Positions 32,097-41,263 of a stretch of DNA of 55,204 nucleotides are shown piece after piece (position 1 is the stretch's first letter; every line of letters starts with the position of its first letter). Origin of the DNA: Pseudobdellovibrionaceae bacterium (GTDB lineage: Bacteria > Bdellovibrionota > Bdellovibrionia > Bdellovibrionales > Bdellovibrionaceae); NCBI GenBank assembly GCA_044359815.1, contig JBIKLL010000010.1, positions 1 to 55,204 on the forward strand, written 5' to 3'. The position numbers and the translations under genes are program-made. The notes under the pieces are model-generated. The model searched no databases and had not been told where the DNA came from. It saw only the letters and a list, made by a program, of their open reading frames with translations.

Positions 32097-32868
32097 ACCA
32101 CCATTTTGGATTTTTATTATTTTTCCCTTGGGACTGCTGTTGCTGTATTTTCCTGTAATTTATATGGTCATTTTTAGTTTTTTTGAAAAACAGGGTGCAG
32201 AATTGGTTTTATCATTCAGATGGTACCGAGAAGTGTTTGAAGACAATCAGTTTCAAAATGCTGCGATCCACAGTCTAAGGCTTGCCACTTTGACAGGGAT
32301 TTTGAGCTCGGTTTTGGGTTTGGTGGCGGCGATAGCTGTCGGCAAGACTCAGTTTTTTGGCAAAAAAATCTTAGGGCTGTTTTCGCTGATTTCGCTTTTA
32401 CTGCCAGAACTGGTGATTGGTTTGTCGTTATTGGTATGGTTTCACATCCTGGGTTTGCAATTGGGTTTTAGCACGGTATTAATCGCGCACATTACGTTCA
32501 CGCTAACGTTTTGTTTTTACACAATGAGTTCCAGGATGAGTGAAATTGACGGCAGTTTGGTCGAAGCCGCCGCAGATTTGGGGGCCTTTGATGGCCGGAT
32601 TCTGCGCCAGGTATTAATCCCCTTGATGGCGCCGGCCATAGCGTCGTCTTTTGTTTTGGGATTTATGCTTTCTTTTGATGATTTTTTAATTACTTTTTTT
32701 GTCAACGGTGTGGGCATGGATACCTTGCCAGTAAAGTTGTATTCCACTTTGAGAACTGGGCATTCCCCCAAGGTTAATGCTTTGGCTTCGCTGTTGATTT
32801 TCTTTACATTATTTTCTATTTGGATTTCGACCAAATATTTTAAACTACAGAAATACATTAAGGGCTAA
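32077..32868 (+). CDS. potC: Polyamine ABC permease
   Basis: LVEAAADLGA, LSFDDF..TFF, TLPV, PKVNAL. Confidence 0.9.
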   Translation: MEKRRPKPPFWIFIIFPLGLLLLYFPVIYMVIFSFFEKQGAELVLSFRWYREVFEDNQFQNAAIHSLRLATLTGILSSVLGLVAAIAVGKTQFFGKKILGLFSLISLLLPELVIGLSLLVWFHILGLQLGFSTVLIAHITFTLTFCFYTMSSRMSEIDGSLVEAAADLGAFDGRILRQVLIPLMAPAIASSFVLGFMLSFDDFLITFFVNGVGMDTLPVKLYSTLRTGHSPKVNALASLLIFFTLFSIWISTKYFKLQKYIKG

Positions 32869-32904
32869 AAAATCAGTTTAAATTGATACGCTCAAAACAA
32901 TACG

Positions 32905-32931
32905 TCATGTTATCAGGACTGTTGCCGATAA
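32905..32931 (+). promoter_or_regulatory. Sigma28 (FliA)-type promoter
   Basis: Perfect GCCGATAA at 32924-32931 with TCAT 15 nt upstream; GGAGG SD then ATG 32952. Confidence 0.55.
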
Positions 32932-32951
32932 GTTTAAAACTGGAGGCCGTG

Positions 32952-33251
32952 ATGAAATTCAAGCACCATTTTAAAAGTCTGCAGTCTTCTGAGACCGCAA
33001 AGCAGTACTTCGAGGAAAAATTTGAAAAGCTAGATCAGATAAATCTTAAAAAATCAGAATGCAGTGTGCACTACTTAAAATGTGGCGGAACCCTAGAAAT
33101 AGAGGTTCATATTAATAACCCAGAAAGTCATTTTAAGGCTTCAGCAGAGGGTCAAACCTATGTTGAATGCACTGATGAGGTTTTTCACAAGCTTTCAAAG
33201 CAATTTACCAAGGCAAAGGACCGCAAAATCACTCGCAGAAAATCTGCCTAA
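32952..33251 (+). CDS. hpf: Ribosome hibernation factor (HPF/RaiA family), divergent
   Basis: 99 aa; K.L..SE..KQY.EEK.EKL, F.A.AEG...Y...D....KL..Q..K.K pattern; near rpoN. Start moved to ATG 32952. Confidence 0.72.
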   Translation: MKFKHHFKSLQSSETAKQYFEEKFEKLDQINLKKSECSVHYLKCGGTLEIEVHINNPESHFKASAEGQTYVECTDEVFHKLSKQFTKAKDRKITRRKSA

Positions 33252-33323
33252 GACATTGCAAAAAACTCTGCTACCAAGCAGATATCAAATTGTTTGACCG
33301 GTTCTGATAAATCCTGATAGCGT

Positions 33324-33352
33324 CCCCCAATCCATTTATAATTGGGGGTTTT
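33324..33352 (+). promoter_or_regulatory. Hairpin overlapping the metK ribosome-binding site, or terminator of hpf
   Basis: CCCCCAAT (33324-31) pairs with ATTGGGGG (33341-48), followed by TTTT; GGGGG ends 7 nt before the ATG. Confidence 0.5.
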
Positions 33353-33355
33353 AAC

Positions 33356-34525
33356 ATGTCACAACAATCAAATTATTTATTCACCAGTGAATCAGTTTCT
33401 GAAGGTCATCCAGATAAAATGGCTGATCAAATCAGTGATGCTGTTTTAGATGCTATTTTGGCCCAGGATTCCAGGGGACGTGTCGCCTGTGAAACCATGT
33501 TAACAACGGGTTTGATCTGTGTGGCTGGCGAGATTTCAACTCAGGCAAAAATTAATATCGGTGAAATCGCTCGCGAAACGGTTAAAAAAATTGGGTATGA
33601 CCACACTGACAAAGGATTTGATTATAAAACCTGCGGCGTGATTGTGGCGGTTGGACAGCAAAGCCCAGATATCGCAATGGGGGTTAAGGAAACCGGATCT
33701 GAGGAACAGGGCGCTGGCGATCAGGGATTAATGTTTGGCTACGCGACCAACGAAACACCAGAATACATGCCCATGACAATCAGTTTGTCCCACAAGATTT
33801 TGCAGAAACTTTCTGAACACAGAAAATCAAACAAAGTTCAATTTTTAAGACCTGATGCTAAATCACAAGTCACTGTCGAGTATGAAAACGGCAAGGCAAA
33901 ACGAATCGATACAATTGTGGTTTCGACTCAACACTCTGAAGAAGCGACTCACAATCAAATTAAAGAATTTGTGATCGAAGAAGTTTTAAAGAAAGTCATT
34001 CCAGCTCAGTGGCTGGACAGCAAAACAAAATTTTTAGTGAATCCAACCGGACGATTTGTTGTTGGTGGTCCCATGGGCGATGCGGGATTGACTGGCAGAA
34101 AAATTATCGTTGATACCTACGGTGGTCATGGCGCCCACGGTGGAGGAGCTTTTTCAGGCAAGGACCCATCTAAGGTGGATCGATCAGCAGCTTATGCAAC
34201 CAGACATATTGCAAAAAACTTGGTGGCGGCAGGATTGGCTGAAAAATGTTTGGTTCAAGTTTCCTATGCTATCGGTGTTGCTGAGCCTGTCAGCATTTAT
34301 ATTAACGACTATGGTACCAGCAAATACAGTTCATCTGTGTTAGAGCGATCAGTCCGAGAACTTTGGAGTTTAAAACCAGCCAGAATAGTTAAAGAATTGG
34401 ATTTGTTAAAACCAATTTACAATAAGACTGCGACCTACGGTCACTTTGGTAGGTCTGAATTTAGCTGGGAACAGTTAAACAAAGTTGATCAATTGAAAGA
34501 TGTTGTTAAATCACTTTCAAAGTAA
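33356..34525 (+). CDS. metK: S-adenosylmethionine synthetase
   Basis: [49 protein letters not shown]. Confidence 0.99.
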   Translation: MSQQSNYLFTSESVSEGHPDKMADQISDAVLDAILAQDSRGRVACETMLTTGLICVAGEISTQAKINIGEIARETVKKIGYDHTDKGFDYKTCGVIVAVGQQSPDIAMGVKETGSEEQGAGDQGLMFGYATNETPEYMPMTISLSHKILQKLSEHRKSNKVQFLRPDAKSQVTVEYENGKAKRIDTIVVSTQHSEEATHNQIKEFVIEEVLKKVIPAQWLDSKTKFLVNPTGRFVVGGPMGDAGLTGRKIIVDTYGGHGAHGGGAFSGKDPSKVDRSAAYATRHIAKNLVAAGLAEKCLVQVSYAIGVAEPVSIYINDYGTSKYSSSVLERSVRELWSLKPARIVKELDLLKPIYNKTATYGHFGRSEFSWEQLNKVDQLKDVVKSLSK

Positions 34526-34543
34526 GGAACAAAATCCAGCACC

Positions 34544-36346
34544 ATGGTTGATTCAACAAGAATACGAAACTTTTCTATTATTGCACATATCGACCATGGA
34601 AAGTCCACATTAGCGGATGCGCTTTTAGAATACACGGGAACCCTTTCTCAGCGAGAAAAGAAAGAACAGTTTCTGGACAATATGGAACTTGAGCGTGAAC
34701 GTGGAATCACAATCAAAGCTCAAACCGTATGTATGAACTATAAAGCTGATGACGGGCAAACTTACCAAATTAATTTAATCGATACTCCGGGACACGTGGA
34801 TTTCAGCTATGAGGTTTCCAGATCCCTATCAGCTTGTGAAGGCGCTTTGTTAGTCGTAGACGCCGGTCAGGGTGTGGAAGCTCAGACATTGGCCAATGTT
34901 TATTTGGCGATGGAAAATAATCTGGAAATCATTCCGGTTTTGAACAAAATTGATTTACCAGCAGCTGACCCCGAAGGTGTGAAAAAACAAGTGGAAGAAA
35001 CCATTGGGTTGGATTGTTCTGAAGCTATCAAGGCTTCAGCAAAAGATCGCATTGGTATCAAGGAAATACTGGAAGCTGTGGTTAAAAAGGTTCCGCCACC
35101 ACAAAATAATTCTGATAAAACTCTGCGAGCTTTGATTTTTGATTCCTGGTTTGATTCTTATCAGGGCGTGGTCGTTTTAGTTCGTGTTAAAGACGGACGT
35201 CTGAAAGTCGGCGAAAAGGTCAAATTTTTTACCACCGAGAAAGAATACGAAATTCTAAAACTGGGCAAATACACGCCCTTTCCTGCTTTTGTGGATGAAT
35301 TTAGCTCAGGCGAAGTTGGATTTATAATTTGTGGGATTAAAGACATCAGGGACGTAAGGGTTGGCGACACAGTCACTTCCGCAAAAAAGCCAGCAACAGA
35401 ACCGCTGCCTGGGTTTCAAAGAATCAAGCCCATGGTTTTTGCGGGGATTTTTCCTGTGGTTGCCTCTGAGTATGAAAATTTGAAAGATGCTTTGGATAAA
35501 TTGTGTCTGAACGACTCATCACTGACTTTTGAAACTGAAAAATCAATGGCTTTGGGTTTTGGATACCGATGTGGCTTTCTGGGGCTGTTGCATATGGAAA
35601 TTGTCCAAGAAAGACTGGAGCGCGAGTTTAATTTAAATTTGATCACAACAGCACCGACAGTTGTTTACAAAGTTTTTTTACTGGATGGGACTCAATTGGT
35701 TTTAGAAAATCCATCGTTGTTGCCAGATGAAACTAAAATCGAACATATGGAAGAGCCCTTTGTGAAAGTGATCATCCATACACCCAGCGAATTTATCGGC
35801 GGGATTTTAAAGTTATGTGAGGACAAGCGGGGATCACAGATAAAAATGGACTACGTCACCGAAACTAAGGTGATTATTGAATACAAGCTGCCACTTAACG
35901 AAATGGTGATGGATTTTTACGATCGTTTAAAATCAATATCAAAAGGCTATGCATCGTTAGAATACGAACTGATGGGATATGAAACCGCAGATCTGGTGAA
36001 GATGGATATTTTAATTAACGGTGATCCAATCGATGCATTGTCATTGATTGTTCACCGGGAAAAATCTCAAGCACGTGGGCGGTCCCTTGCCGAAAAAATG
36101 AAAGAACTGATTCCACGGCAGCAATACCAAGTGGCGATTCAGGCAGCCATTGGCGCCAAGATCGTAGCTCGTGAAACGCTGGGGGCGTTGCGTAAAGACG
36201 TGACCGCAAAGTGTTATGGAGGAGATATTTCTCGTAAGCGTAAATTGCTAGAAAGACAAAAGGAAGGCAAAAAACGGATGAAGCAAATCGGCTCAGTCGA
36301 AGTGCCTCAAGAAGCGTTTTTAGCAATTTTAAAGGTTGAAGATTAA
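34544..36346 (+). CDS. lepA: Elongation factor 4
   Basis: [45 protein letters not shown]. Confidence 0.99.
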   Translation: MVDSTRIRNFSIIAHIDHGKSTLADALLEYTGTLSQREKKEQFLDNMELERERGITIKAQTVCMNYKADDGQTYQINLIDTPGHVDFSYEVSRSLSACEGALLVVDAGQGVEAQTLANVYLAMENNLEIIPVLNKIDLPAADPEGVKKQVEETIGLDCSEAIKASAKDRIGIKEILEAVVKKVPPPQNNSDKTLRALIFDSWFDSYQGVVVLVRVKDGRLKVGEKVKFFTTEKEYEILKLGKYTPFPAFVDEFSSGEVGFIICGIKDIRDVRVGDTVTSAKKPATEPLPGFQRIKPMVFAGIFPVVASEYENLKDALDKLCLNDSSLTFETEKSMALGFGYRCGFLGLLHMEIVQERLEREFNLNLITTAPTVVYKVFLLDGTQLVLENPSLLPDETKIEHMEEPFVKVIIHTPSEFIGGILKLCEDKRGSQIKMDYVTETKVIIEYKLPLNEMVMDFYDRLKSISKGYASLEYELMGYETADLVKMDILINGDPIDALSLIVHREKSQARGRSLAEKMKELIPRQQYQVAIQAAIGAKIVARETLGALRKDVTAKCYGGDISRKRKLLERQKEGKKRMKQIGSVEVPQEAFLAILKVED

Positions 36347-36414
36347 ATTTCTTGATACCAAGAAAGATTGCTTCAAACTTATCAAATAACTAAACATCAA
36401 CAAAGATTGTACAA

Positions 36415-37176
36415 ATGAAAAACGCAGATATCTGGAACTGGAGAGCAAGAAAATTTTGGACCGATGGCTGGGGATCATTAGGGCTGGCTGTGTTGGTGGC
36501 ACTGTTTATTAGGTGGGGATTTTTCGAAGCCTATGTGATCCCCTCTGGCAGCATGCTGCCTTCGTTGTTGATCCACGATCATATTTTTGTAAATAAATTT
36601 GTCTATGGCATTAGAATTCCGTTCAGCGAAAAATGGATGGTGAAATTCACTGAACCCAAAAAGGGTGAAATTATTGTTTTTAAATACCCTAAAGACATGA
36701 GCACATTTTTTATTAAACGGGTTGTGGGCGAACCTGGGGATAAAATATTTTTTGAAAACGGAATTTTGTACATCAATGATTTACCTCAGGAGCGAAAAGC
36801 TCCTGTCAGTATGGATGATTTTAACTGGCTCAGGGATGAAGACTTTCGCTCAGACGGTGATGCTTTTGATGGTAAGGAAAACTACGTACCTTTTACCGAA
36901 AGTTTGGGTGGCAAAGAGCATTCGATTTTGAATCGTAAGGGAGAAAACTACGATTCATTTGGTCCCGTCACTGTCCCGCCAGATCATCTGTTTGTACTTG
37001 GTGATAACAGACATCGTTCTAGCGACAGTCGTTTTTGGGGATTTTTACCTAAACAAAATATATTGGGCAGAGCCAGCATTGTTTGGCTCAGTTGTGAGGA
37101 AACTTTGCCTGTTTTGAAGTTTTTGTGCAATCCAATCACTGTGCGCTTTGGTCGGTTTTTTCATTCAGTAAAATAG
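36415..37176 (+). CDS. lepB: Signal peptidase I (paralog 1)
   Basis: IPSGSM (catalytic Ser), FIKRVVG (Lys), GDNR..SSDSRFWG. Confidence 0.95.
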   Translation: MKNADIWNWRARKFWTDGWGSLGLAVLVALFIRWGFFEAYVIPSGSMLPSLLIHDHIFVNKFVYGIRIPFSEKWMVKFTEPKKGEIIVFKYPKDMSTFFIKRVVGEPGDKIFFENGILYINDLPQERKAPVSMDDFNWLRDEDFRSDGDAFDGKENYVPFTESLGGKEHSILNRKGENYDSFGPVTVPPDHLFVLGDNRHRSSDSRFWGFLPKQNILGRASIVWLSCEETLPVLKFLCNPITVRFGRFFHSVK

Positions 37177-37860
37177 ATGGCAAAGGATAAAAGAGGCACA
37201 TGGACCCAGGCACTTTTAACGTTTTTTACACCGCTATTGTTGATTGCAATATTGCGATGGCTGATTATCGAGCCCTTTGTAATACCCTCGGGAAGTATGA
37301 TTCCAACATTGCTAGTTCATGATCATATTTTTGTTAATAAATTGTCCTACGGAATCAGATATCCGTTTTCTAAAAAGTATTTTATCAGATGGGGTAGCCC
37401 CAAGGTTGGCGAAATCATTGTGTTTCGATATCCAGAAGACCCAAATGTCTTTTACGTCAAACGTGTCCAAGCAATCTCGGGCGACAGGCTGAAAATTGAA
37501 AAAAGCGATTTGGTTTTAAATGATCAAATTGTCGAGCGAACTCCCAGCGTTTCCTTTGATGATGAATCAGATGCCGAAGGATTTACTTATTTTAAAGAGC
37601 GTGAATATACGGTCCGATATAAAAATGCTTATGATGGCCAGTTTGCCGAAATCACCGTCCCACAGGACCAAGTCTTTGCGGTCGGTGACAATCGTGATCA
37701 GTCAAATGATTCCCGTTTTTGGGGCTCGATTCCTTTGGACCATGTGATTGGTAAACCAACATTGATCTGGTTGAGCTGTGATCAGCCCTTTCCTGGCACT
37801 GAAATGCTTTGCGATCCGCAAACCCTAAGATTTCAAAGAATAGGGAAGTTTCTGCTATGA
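37177..37860 (+). CDS. lepB: Signal peptidase I (paralog 2)
   Basis: IPSGSM, YVKRV, GDNRDQSNDSRFWG. Confidence 0.93.
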   Translation: MAKDKRGTWTQALLTFFTPLLLIAILRWLIIEPFVIPSGSMIPTLLVHDHIFVNKLSYGIRYPFSKKYFIRWGSPKVGEIIVFRYPEDPNVFYVKRVQAISGDRLKIEKSDLVLNDQIVERTPSVSFDDESDAEGFTYFKEREYTVRYKNAYDGQFAEITVPQDQVFAVGDNRDQSNDSRFWGSIPLDHVIGKPTLIWLSCDQPFPGTEMLCDPQTLRFQRIGKFLL

Positions 37861-38546
37861 ACAAAGACTCTTTCAAGGCATGGCGAGACTACCTTGAAAG
37901 TATTTTGATCGCGATATTTTTAGCTTTGCTGGTCAGAACCTTTATCATTTCTGGGTACAAAGTGCCCACCAGTTCGATGGCCCCCACATTGCTGCCTGGT
38001 GATTTTATTTTTTCGTATAAGATTCCCTACGGAGTCAGAGTCCCATTGTGGAATAAGAAGATTTTTGTCAGTCCACCTAAACGGGGTGATGTGGTCGTGT
38101 TTTCATACCCTGATCAACCCAGGGTCAAATATGTCAAAAGGGTAGTTGGTGAGCCTGGTGACAGAATCGAAATTAAAAATGGCTCTTTGGTATTAAATGA
38201 TTCGACGGCCCAGTATTTGGTGACTGAAGGCCCTGTCCAAGAGGACTTTGGAATTAGCAGTTTGTTTGAGATTGTCGATGAAGGATCAGTATTTGGGAAC
38301 CATTTGATAATTCGTAAAAAAGATTCCGGTAAATCCTTTGGCCCCATTGTCGTGCCGCCTAACGAAGTCTTTTTACTGGGTGATAACAGGGATTCCAGCG
38401 ACGACTCTCGCTATTGGGGAACTGTTCCAATTGAACGCATCGAGGGCAGGGTTTTGTTGATATGGCTTTCCCTTGATTGGCACAATAAGCTGTTGTCGGA
38501 TTATTTTCCGGCAATCAGGTGGAATCGAGTTTTAAAACCGCTTTAG
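37857..38546 (+). CDS. lepB: Signal peptidase I (paralog 3)
   Basis: VPTSSM, YVKRVVG, GDNRDSSDDSRYWG; an ATGA overlap puts the start at 37857. Confidence 0.93.
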   Translation: MNKDSFKAWRDYLESILIAIFLALLVRTFIISGYKVPTSSMAPTLLPGDFIFSYKIPYGVRVPLWNKKIFVSPPKRGDVVVFSYPDQPRVKYVKRVVGEPGDRIEIKNGSLVLNDSTAQYLVTEGPVQEDFGISSLFEIVDEGSVFGNHLIIRKKDSGKSFGPIVVPPNEVFLLGDNRDSSDDSRYWGTVPIERIEGRVLLIWLSLDWHNKLLSDYFPAIRWNRVLKPL

Positions 38547-38601
38547 GTTGATTCTGACAGTTGAGCTTTTAGTCAGCAGATTGCAACATAGGTAACAATA
38601 T

Positions 38602-38630
38602 TTGACTTAGGATTTTTGCTTGGGTACGTT
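38602..38630 (+). promoter_or_regulatory. Sigma70-type promoter directly before pyrB
   Basis: TTGACT-N17-TACGTT, ending 8 nt before ATG 38639; no SD present. Confidence 0.5.
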
Positions 38631-38638
38631 CTTGCTTA

Positions 38639-39535
38639 ATGCCCTCGCTATCAGCAGGCCTTATAGATTTAAAAGAAATTAAAAAATCCAACGTCGATAG
38701 GCTTTTTTTTTACACAAAACAAATAAAAGCTAAAAAAATAAATTCTAAACTTTTTGGAAACGTTGTCTTGGCATTTTTAGAAAGCAGCACGAGGACTCGT
38801 CTGAGTTTTGAAATGGCTGCAAATAACATTGGATTGAGTCCTGTTTTGTTTGATGTCAGCCAGCCTACCAGTCTTGAAAAGGGCGAAACCATTCAGGACA
38901 GTTTGTTAAATATCGCTGCGATGAAACCCAAAGCTCTGGTGGTTCGCTGTGGTCAAAATTTAGATTTAAAACAATTAAGCAAAAAAACCAATATTCCCAT
39001 AGCTTGCGCTGGCTGGGGTAAGGTAAGTCATCCCACTCAAGCATTATTGGATTTATACACAATTTCTGAAAACTTTGACTCTTTGGCTACTAAGAAAATA
39101 TTATTTGTTGGCGACATTGTTCACAGTCGGGTTTTTGCATCACACGTCGAGGTTATGAAGGCTATGCAAATCAGCATTGGGATTATATCCACTGAGCCAT
39201 TTTCCAACGCAGATATTAAAAAATTTGATTCTTTGGAGGAAGCTCTACCCTGGTGTGATGTTTGTATCGCGTTGCGGTCGCAGTTTGAGAGGTTTTCAGA
39301 AGGCTATTCATTGGATCAGCAAAAATTCAGACAGAAATTCAGAATTGATGCAGACAAATTAAATTTGATGGATAAGTATTCGATATTGATGCATCCAGGG
39401 CCAGTAAACTGGGACTGGGAACTGGATCAATCGGTTTTATCTGATCCTCGTTGCCGAATTTTCAATCAAGTCGAGAACGGGGTTTATTTGAGGGAAGCGT
39501 TGCTCAGAACTCTGTGTGGTGAATTAGAATTATGA
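38639..39535 (+). CDS. pyrB: Aspartate carbamoyltransferase catalytic subunit
   Basis: STRTRLSFE, KGET, HPTQALLD, GDIVHSRV, MHPGP, QVENGV..R. Confidence 0.93.
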   Translation: MPSLSAGLIDLKEIKKSNVDRLFFYTKQIKAKKINSKLFGNVVLAFLESSTRTRLSFEMAANNIGLSPVLFDVSQPTSLEKGETIQDSLLNIAAMKPKALVVRCGQNLDLKQLSKKTNIPIACAGWGKVSHPTQALLDLYTISENFDSLATKKILFVGDIVHSRVFASHVEVMKAMQISIGIISTEPFSNADIKKFDSLEEALPWCDVCIALRSQFERFSEGYSLDQQKFRQKFRIDADKLNLMDKYSILMHPGPVNWDWELDQSVLSDPRCRIFNQVENGVYLREALLRTLCGELEL

Positions 39536-40599
39536 CGGGATATTTGATTCTAGAAACAGGCGAATGTTTTTCTGGCACCTGGCATGGTGGCGAAAGCCGT
39601 GCGGCCGAAGTCGTATTCAATACCAGTCATTCTGGTTACGAAGAAATTGCCTCTGATCCCAGTTACTTTAAACAAATTGTTGTGCTGACAGCGCCCATGC
39701 AGGGCAATTATAAATTTGATAAGAGCCGATGGGAATCTGGCAGAATCTGGATCGATGGCTTTATATCCTTGCAAATACAAAATTCCAAAATCGATTCAGC
39801 TTGGTTGAATCAGCTCATTGAAAATCAGGTTCCTGTGGTCAGCGAAATTGACACCCGAAAAATCACATTAAGATTGCGTTCCGGAGGGACACCATGGGGA
39901 GCCTTGGTAAAGGCTGACTCTGAATCCGCCGCCAGGTCCCTAGCCACTGAATTAATTCAAAAGCGTAAAAACGAAAGCAAGGACTGGGTTTGGCAGGTCT
40001 CTACAAAAACAGTTCAGACAATCAAAGGAAAAAATCCAAACGGGCCGAAAATGGCAGTTATAGATTTTGGAACTAAACAAAATATTATCCGTGAACTGGT
40101 TTTAAGGTGCAGTCAGATTTCTGTATTCCCATCTCGAGTATCAGTTTCAGAAATCGAACAATTCAAACCTAATGGTATCATGCTGACCAACGGGCCAGGA
40201 GATCCATCAGAGGTTAAGCAGTCTGTGGATACTGTGAAACATTTTATAGGGACAGTACCGATTTTTGGGATTTGCATGGGCCATCAGATTTTGTCGCTGG
40301 CTTTGGGTGCAGAAACGTACAAATTAAAATTTGGACACAGAGGCGCCAATCATCCCATCGATGATCGGTTGCTCAACAAGGTCTACGTCACCAGCCAAAA
40401 TCACGGCTACGCAGTCAAAGAAGGTTCTTTGCCAAAGGATGTTCAGATCACTCATGTTAATTTAAATGATCAAACGGTGGCAGGTATTTTTAGCCGTTCA
40501 AAAAAATGTTTAGGAATTCAGTTTCACCCCGAGAGCCATCCGGGACCACACGATGCTGTAGAATTATTTGATTTTTTTATTGATAAAATGTTGAGGTAG
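39532..40599 (+). CDS. carA: Carbamoyl-phosphate synthase small subunit
   Basis: EVVFNT, DPSY, NGPGDP, GICMGHQ, FGHRGANHP, SQNHGY, QFHPE. Confidence 0.98.
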   Translation: MTGYLILETGECFSGTWHGGESRAAEVVFNTSHSGYEEIASDPSYFKQIVVLTAPMQGNYKFDKSRWESGRIWIDGFISLQIQNSKIDSAWLNQLIENQVPVVSEIDTRKITLRLRSGGTPWGALVKADSESAARSLATELIQKRKNESKDWVWQVSTKTVQTIKGKNPNGPKMAVIDFGTKQNIIRELVLRCSQISVFPSRVSVSEIEQFKPNGIMLTNGPGDPSEVKQSVDTVKHFIGTVPIFGICMGHQILSLALGAETYKLKFGHRGANHPIDDRLLNKVYVTSQNHGYAVKEGSLPKDVQITHVNLNDQTVAGIFSRSKKCLGIQFHPESHPGPHDAVELFDFFIDKMLR

Positions 40600-40602
40600 C
40601 AA

Positions 40603-41262
40603 TTGATAGATACAGGACTTGATTCAAGATTAAATGCGGTGATGGACAAAGCGCTTAGCTATTTTGCAGGCTCTAAGTTTGAAGAAGAAGTCAAAATCGC
40701 AAAGAGTGAGTTTTTTGACAATGCTGGGATTTTAGAAGAAGGTTCCAACCAATACGAACTCAGAATGTCTCAGTTTTTTGATTGGTATTTTTATACCAGG
40801 GACCTCATCGGTTATTCTCAGACTCCGGTAGAAGTCATCAACATGGTCAGGGAGCTTAGATTCAACGACGATGAACTAAAGCTTATTGATTGTATGAGAA
40901 AACACCGACACAGTATGTTTGAATTTATCAAGATTAAAGGCAGTGATATTTATATCAGGGACATTATTAAAGGCGATAAAATTTGGATCAAGAATTCGCA
41001 GTGGGCCGAGGGGTTTGATACTACAGAAATTTTTGAAGTTCGCATAATTCCGGTACAGGATAATTTTGTGTTTACCAGGGGATTTTGTTTTCATCCCGAA
41101 GAAGCTCGTAAATTTATTTTAGCAGAAGTTAAAAAATACAAAAAGGACCCTGATCTGGATCCTGATTTGTTGATGCTGAAATTGTTGAAGATGAGATACA
41201 AATTTGAACGATACAGACACGTTGACATTGATTTGATTTATTCAGAACAAAGTAAAATTTAA
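40603..41262 (+). CDS. Hypothetical protein between carA and carB
   Basis: 219-aa ORF (TTG start) closely packed between the flanking genes; FFDWYF motif and a beta-rich central region. Confidence 0.75.
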   Translation: MIDTGLDSRLNAVMDKALSYFAGSKFEEEVKIAKSEFFDNAGILEEGSNQYELRMSQFFDWYFYTRDLIGYSQTPVEVINMVRELRFNDDELKLIDCMRKHRHSMFEFIKIKGSDIYIRDIIKGDKIWIKNSQWAEGFDTTEIFEVRIIPVQDNFVFTRGFCFHPEEARKFILAEVKKYKKDPDLDPDLLMLKLLKMRYKFERYRHVDIDLIYSEQSKI

Positions 41263-41263
41263 A

